Positions 27,558-30,964 of a stretch of 30,964 nucleotides of DNA are shown here, piece by piece. Position 1 is the stretch's first letter; each line of letters starts with the position of its first letter. Location of the stretch: positions 1-30,964 of IMG/VR virus record IMGVR_UViG_3300033067_001643; one strand, written 5' to 3'. The notes under the pieces were generated by a model. It had not been told where the DNA came from. It was given only the letters and a program-made list of their open reading frames with translations, and ran no database searches. A program made the position numbers and the translations under genes. This stretch comes from a virus. Its lineage: Duplodnaviria > Caudoviricetes.

Positions 27558-28276
27558 ACGACGAGAAGAAGTTCGACGAGATCACCAAGGCGAAGCACTA
27601 CAACGTCCACCCGAGCGGCGTGGAGTGCATCGACGTCATCAAGCACCACGATTTCAACATCGGCAGCGTCATCAAGTACGTCTGGCGACACGGCCTCAAG
27701 GGCGATCCGAACGTGGACGCGCTGAAGGACCTGAAGAAGGCACGCTACTACCTCGAAAAGGCCATCGAACTGCTCGGCGGTGAGCCGCAGGAGGAATACG
27801 CGGCCGAGAAGCAATTCGCGCGCGACGCCATTGCTCGTGTACGCCAGATGGAGTCGAAGGACTTCGAGAAGGCGTTCGGTAACTCGAAGCGTGAGGACAT
27901 CGCAAAGGCGATCGAAGACCTACTCAATCGGGGCATCGACGTCAGCGAACCGCCGCACGTCGTGTTCGTCGAGGGTGTCGACGTCGTGCACAAGGACGGA
28001 TGGCCGGGTCGCGTCATCGGCGTGGACTGGAGCGGCGCCAGCACGCGCGGTCCTATCGGCGTTCACTGGAGCAGCGTGGCTCCGGAAGGCGCGCACCACC
28101 CGGACTTCGGACGCTCTGTTTCTTGGGTACAGCCGGACGTTCTTGCTCTGCCGGCGAGCCCTGTTCCTGTCACGCTCGAGGAGGTTCCTTCGCGCGCCGT
28201 TCCCGTGCGTCCTCGTACGGATGACAGCACCACGGCCATTGCAGGTGACAGCCCGGAGCATCTCGATGAACTGTGA
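27554..28276 (+). CDS. DUF3310 (T7 gp1.7 nucleotide kinase-like) protein with C-terminal extension
   Basis: HY..HPSGVECIDV....FN.G..IKY.WR.GLKG...DLKKA.YYL. Confidence 0.88.
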   Translation: MNDEKKFDEITKAKHYNVHPSGVECIDVIKHHDFNIGSVIKYVWRHGLKGDPNVDALKDLKKARYYLEKAIELLGGEPQEEYAAEKQFARDAIARVRQMESKDFEKAFGNSKREDIAKAIEDLLNRGIDVSEPPHVVFVEGVDVVHKDGWPGRVIGVDWSGASTRGPIGVHWSSVAPEGAHHPDFGRSVSWVQPDVLALPASPVPVTLEEVPSRAVPVRPRTDDSTTAIAGDSPEHLDEL

Positions 28277-28559
28277 GCTTTGCGGAGACGAGGGCAACGA
28301 AGCGGTCTGCGAAGCCTGCTCGAACAACCTCGCCTCCGGCGCTGTACCCGTAATCTGCATTACCTGCCGTGACCGTCTCGGACGCAAGTACGGCATCGCG
28401 TGGATGACCGAAGAAAACATCAACGAAGACGTCGGCCCGGTCCTCGAGGCCATGGCCGACCTAACCGGCGCCTCTCCCGTCATGGTTCGGGGGAGTTGCT
28501 CGTCCTGTAAGAAAGAGGAAATGCCCCGATGTACAAGCTCGCATCCAGCCTCGTGCTGA
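28266..28559 (+). CDS. Small Zn-finger protein (four CxxC)
   Basis: CELC, CEAC, CITC, CSSC; GGAG SD before ATG 28266. Confidence 0.7.
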   Translation: MNCELCGDEGNEAVCEACSNNLASGAVPVICITCRDRLGRKYGIAWMTEENINEDVGPVLEAMADLTGASPVMVRGSCSSCKKEEMPRCTSSHPASC

Positions 28560-28711
28560 TCCCGCTCGCCCTTCTCAGCGTGGGAATGGTCGTTGTTCTC
28601 GGCGCCGCCTCGTGGGGCTGCTACAAGGAAAGTGACTTGCCACCGTGCCCCAAGGGCTCGACGTGGCCTGACCCGTGCGCGGCGGGACCGCGCGATGCAG
28701 GAAAGGACTGA
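28529..28711 (+). CDS. Small putative lipoprotein
   Basis: Basic N-terminus, hydrophobic core, SWG-C lipobox-like site, Pro/Cys-rich mature part ending RDAGKD. Confidence 0.6.
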   Translation: MYKLASSLVLIPLALLSVGMVVVLGAASWGCYKESDLPPCPKGSTWPDPCAAGPRDAGKD

Positions 28712-28714
28712 CCC

Positions 28715-29029
28715 ATGAACATCACCCGAAAGACGGTTCTCAAGACTTCGCTCACCTTCATACTCGCCGTCAGCGCCGTCACGGCTATGGAGGGGTGCTC
28801 GTTCCTCGAGAAGCACGCAAACTCCGCGCTCGACGCCGTGCAGCTCGCGTGCATCTTCAACGAGACCATCACGCAGGAGGAGAAGCTCGCCGAGGTCTGT
28901 CACATCGCGACGGACCTCCTGCCGATCGTCCGCAAGCTCATCGCCCAACGCGAGGCTGGTCGCAAGCAGGGCGTCACGTGGGAAACCGCGGACGCCGGGC
29001 AGTCGTTCGTCGACGCAGGAGCGCACTGA
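28715..29029 (+). CDS. Putative lipoprotein
   Basis: MNITRK, hydrophobic core, MEG-C; two further Cys; ends in DAG motifs; TGATG coupling to the protease. Confidence 0.65.
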   Translation: MNITRKTVLKTSLTFILAVSAVTAMEGCSFLEKHANSALDAVQLACIFNETITQEEKLAEVCHIATDLLPIVRKLIAQREAGRKQGVTWETADAGQSFVDAGAH

Positions 29030-29961
29030 TGCCCTCGAAGCGTCCGCCCACGCCTGTCACGGAAGCCGAGACCGTTCCAGCGCTCCCCGTGGAGGAGAGC
29101 GTAAAGACGAGTTGGTCCACTTATCGTGGAACCGGCCACATCCTCGACAAGCCCGATCCACGAGACTACCCGGTCGCCGGCACGCGAAAAGCGGACGGCT
29201 CTTGGGAGATTCGCCCGGTCGGCGGCTTGCTCCCTCCCAGCTCCCCTACCCCGGATCTTGTCGAGCTGAAAACGGCATCAATCTGGGATCAGGGGATGAC
29301 GTCCGAGTGCGTAGCGTTCGGCTTTTCGCGCCACATCAATGCGCGAATCGCTTTTCTCTACGGCACGAAGCCTGACGAAACGATCATTCCTGCCAAGCAC
29401 GGTATCTACGGTGTCGCGCGGCGAAACGATCCGAAAGACGAGCAGGGCAACTTCATCCTCGACGGTGGTTGCTATCCGCGTGAGGCCGCGCTCGGGATGC
29501 TGCTTCACGGCATCGTCAGCGAGAAGCGTCTTCGGTGGAACGAATCGACTGTCAACGCTGCTTTGCCCGTGGACGTCCTCACGGCCGGCTATGACGCGAA
29601 GATCGCCAAGTTCCATCGCGTACCTGCCGCTCAGGGCCGCGAGAAGGAATTCCTCGAAGAGCTGGAACGTATTCTCGCGTCGGGGTTCACCGTCCCGTAC
29701 GCGCAGGATGTCGACCGTGCTTTCAACGACTACGCAGGTGGCGCTCCGCTCGGCCCTCACAAGGGGGCGACGAACGGCGGCCATTACACCGTCCTCACCG
29801 GGTACGACCGCAAGCGTCGCGTCATGTTCGGCGACAACTCGTGGGGCACGAGCTGGGGCAAGACTGGGCGCTACGAGGTCTCGTACGATCGCCTCGTCAC
29901 TCCGTCGTGCTCGGACTTCATCGTCCTCACGGTCATTCCCGACCCGAGGAACATCCGATGA
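29029..29961 (+). CDS. Papain-like C1 cysteine peptidase
   Basis: PDPRDY, WDQG.TSEC (catalytic Cys), DGGC, GGH (His), NSWG.SWG..G (Asn); start ATG 29029. Confidence 0.92.
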   Translation: MPSKRPPTPVTEAETVPALPVEESVKTSWSTYRGTGHILDKPDPRDYPVAGTRKADGSWEIRPVGGLLPPSSPTPDLVELKTASIWDQGMTSECVAFGFSRHINARIAFLYGTKPDETIIPAKHGIYGVARRNDPKDEQGNFILDGGCYPREAALGMLLHGIVSEKRLRWNESTVNAALPVDVLTAGYDAKIAKFHRVPAAQGREKEFLEELERILASGFTVPYAQDVDRAFNDYAGGAPLGPHKGATNGGHYTVLTGYDRKRRVMFGDNSWGTSWGKTGRYEVSYDRLVTPSCSDFIVLTVIPDPRNIR

Positions 29962-30335
29962 GCCGCGTAGGACTCCACGCCTACCTGAAGATGTTCCGTT
30001 TCGGGGCATTCATCGGAGGGTTCGAGACTCCGCTCGCGGCTATCATGTCGGACCCGTTCGATCCCAGCGTTATGCACCTGTGTCGGGCCATCCCCGAAGA
30101 CGCCAGTGACGTGCCGCTACTAGAACGTGTCCAATCGACGATTCTCAGCGGAACTCACGGTGTCGGCAGCTTCACCGTGTTCCTCATGAATCGCGAGGGG
30201 ACACCCAAAAAGAAGGTGGACGTCTTATTCACTACCGCTGTCGCCGTGCTCGACCTTGACGCCATGCATGATGGATTGGCGCTCGAATGGGTCAAGCTCG
30301 GGGGCGTTGTCGTTTCTGCTCCGGAGGCACTATGA
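29958..30335 (+). CDS. Divergent, shortened tail-tube (gp19-like) paralogue
   Basis: Collinear motif matches to 3562-4086 (KMFRF, L.RA, DLDAM...LE..KL); ATGA overlaps at both ends. Confidence 0.6.
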   Translation: MSRVGLHAYLKMFRFGAFIGGFETPLAAIMSDPFDPSVMHLCRAIPEDASDVPLLERVQSTILSGTHGVGSFTVFLMNREGTPKKKVDVLFTTAVAVLDLDAMHDGLALEWVKLGGVVVSAPEAL

Positions 30336-30667
30336 AACTGTCACTACTCGCCTTTTCCGTCGTTCCGATGCTGCTCATCTCCGGGTGCTGCAAAACGTGT
30401 CCGCCCGTCGAGCCTGACATCGTCTACGTACCTCCACTCGATGCAGGCTTTGATGGTCCTAATGAGACCATCGAGGAGGCACCCACTCCCTGCGCTCGCG
30501 CATGCGTTGTAATGCGCAATTTCCACTGTCCGGAGGGCGGCGTGACACCTTCGGGCTCGAGGTGCTACGACATCTGTAGGAGCGCCGGCAATCTCATGAA
30601 CCCGCAGTGCATCGCAGACGCCAAGACTCTCGACGCTCTGCACGCCTGTCACGTTCGCTGCCAATAG
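30332..30667 (+). CDS. Cys-rich putative lipoprotein
   Basis: MK, hydrophobic core, ISG-C; DAG linker; C-terminal Cys-rich domain; GGAGG SD. Confidence 0.7.
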   Translation: MKLSLLAFSVVPMLLISGCCKTCPPVEPDIVYVPPLDAGFDGPNETIEEAPTPCARACVVMRNFHCPEGGVTPSGSRCYDICRSAGNLMNPQCIADAKTLDALHACHVRCQ

Positions 30668-30697
30668 ACACATCAACGGAAACACGAAAGGTACCCC

Positions 30698-30964
30698 ATG
30701 AAAAAGAGCACTAAGCCCATTATCACCCTCATCCAACTGCGTGAGTGGAAGGAGAAGGAGCGCAAACTCGAAGCGGCTAAGCGCGATGCACGCCATGCTT
30801 CGGAGGAGCTCAAGGCGGCTCGGAAGGCAGCGGCAAGCATCTCGAAGTTGGAGAAGCATGTCGCTGTCGCCGAGAAACGCCTCACTCTCTGCCAAAGCGC
30901 GGTCAAGAAGGACAAGGAGAAGGCCAAAAAGGGTACACTCCCTCTAGGCGTTAGCGCGTGGCAA
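30698..30964 (+). CDS. Lys/Ala-rich coiled-coil hypothetical protein (3'-truncated)
   Basis: ATG 30698 after AAAGG; reads MKKSTKPIITLIQLREWKEKERKLEAAK and stays open to the window end. Confidence 0.6.
   Translation, partial: MKKSTKPIITLIQLREWKEKERKLEAAKRDARHASEELKAARKAAASISKLEKHVAVAEKRLTLCQSAVKKDKEKAKKGTLPLGVSAWQ

Overview
GC-rich, all-plus-strand segment of a contractile-tailed (myovirus-type) phage or prophage. Bases 1-25.2 kb are a morphogenesis operon with an order resembling T4/eCIS: neck and tail completion, sheath, tube, terminator, a tail chaperone with a probable -1 frameshift, tape measure, tube initiator, an inserted HNH, LysM-type wedge, hub, gp5-like spike without lysozyme, an unknown Cys-rich helical protein, gp25, gp6/J, lectin/Ig-decorated gpI-like wedge, DUF6519-like beta-helix tailspike, a holin-like gene and a repeat-fibre module. 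Bases 25.2-31 kb hold an endonuclease VII-type nuclease, an SF2 helicase, an HTH protein, DUF3310, a Zn finger, and a tightly coupled cassette of three Cys-rich lipoproteins, a papain-like protease and a shortened tail-tube paralogue. The most notable signals are the displaced tube paralogue lacking its hairpin loop, a hairpin-sequestered 24-aa leader ORF that resembles the N-terminus of the next gene, a lectin domain apparently split between two genes, and the frameshift site. All protein calls come from motifs recognised by eye; no searches were run.
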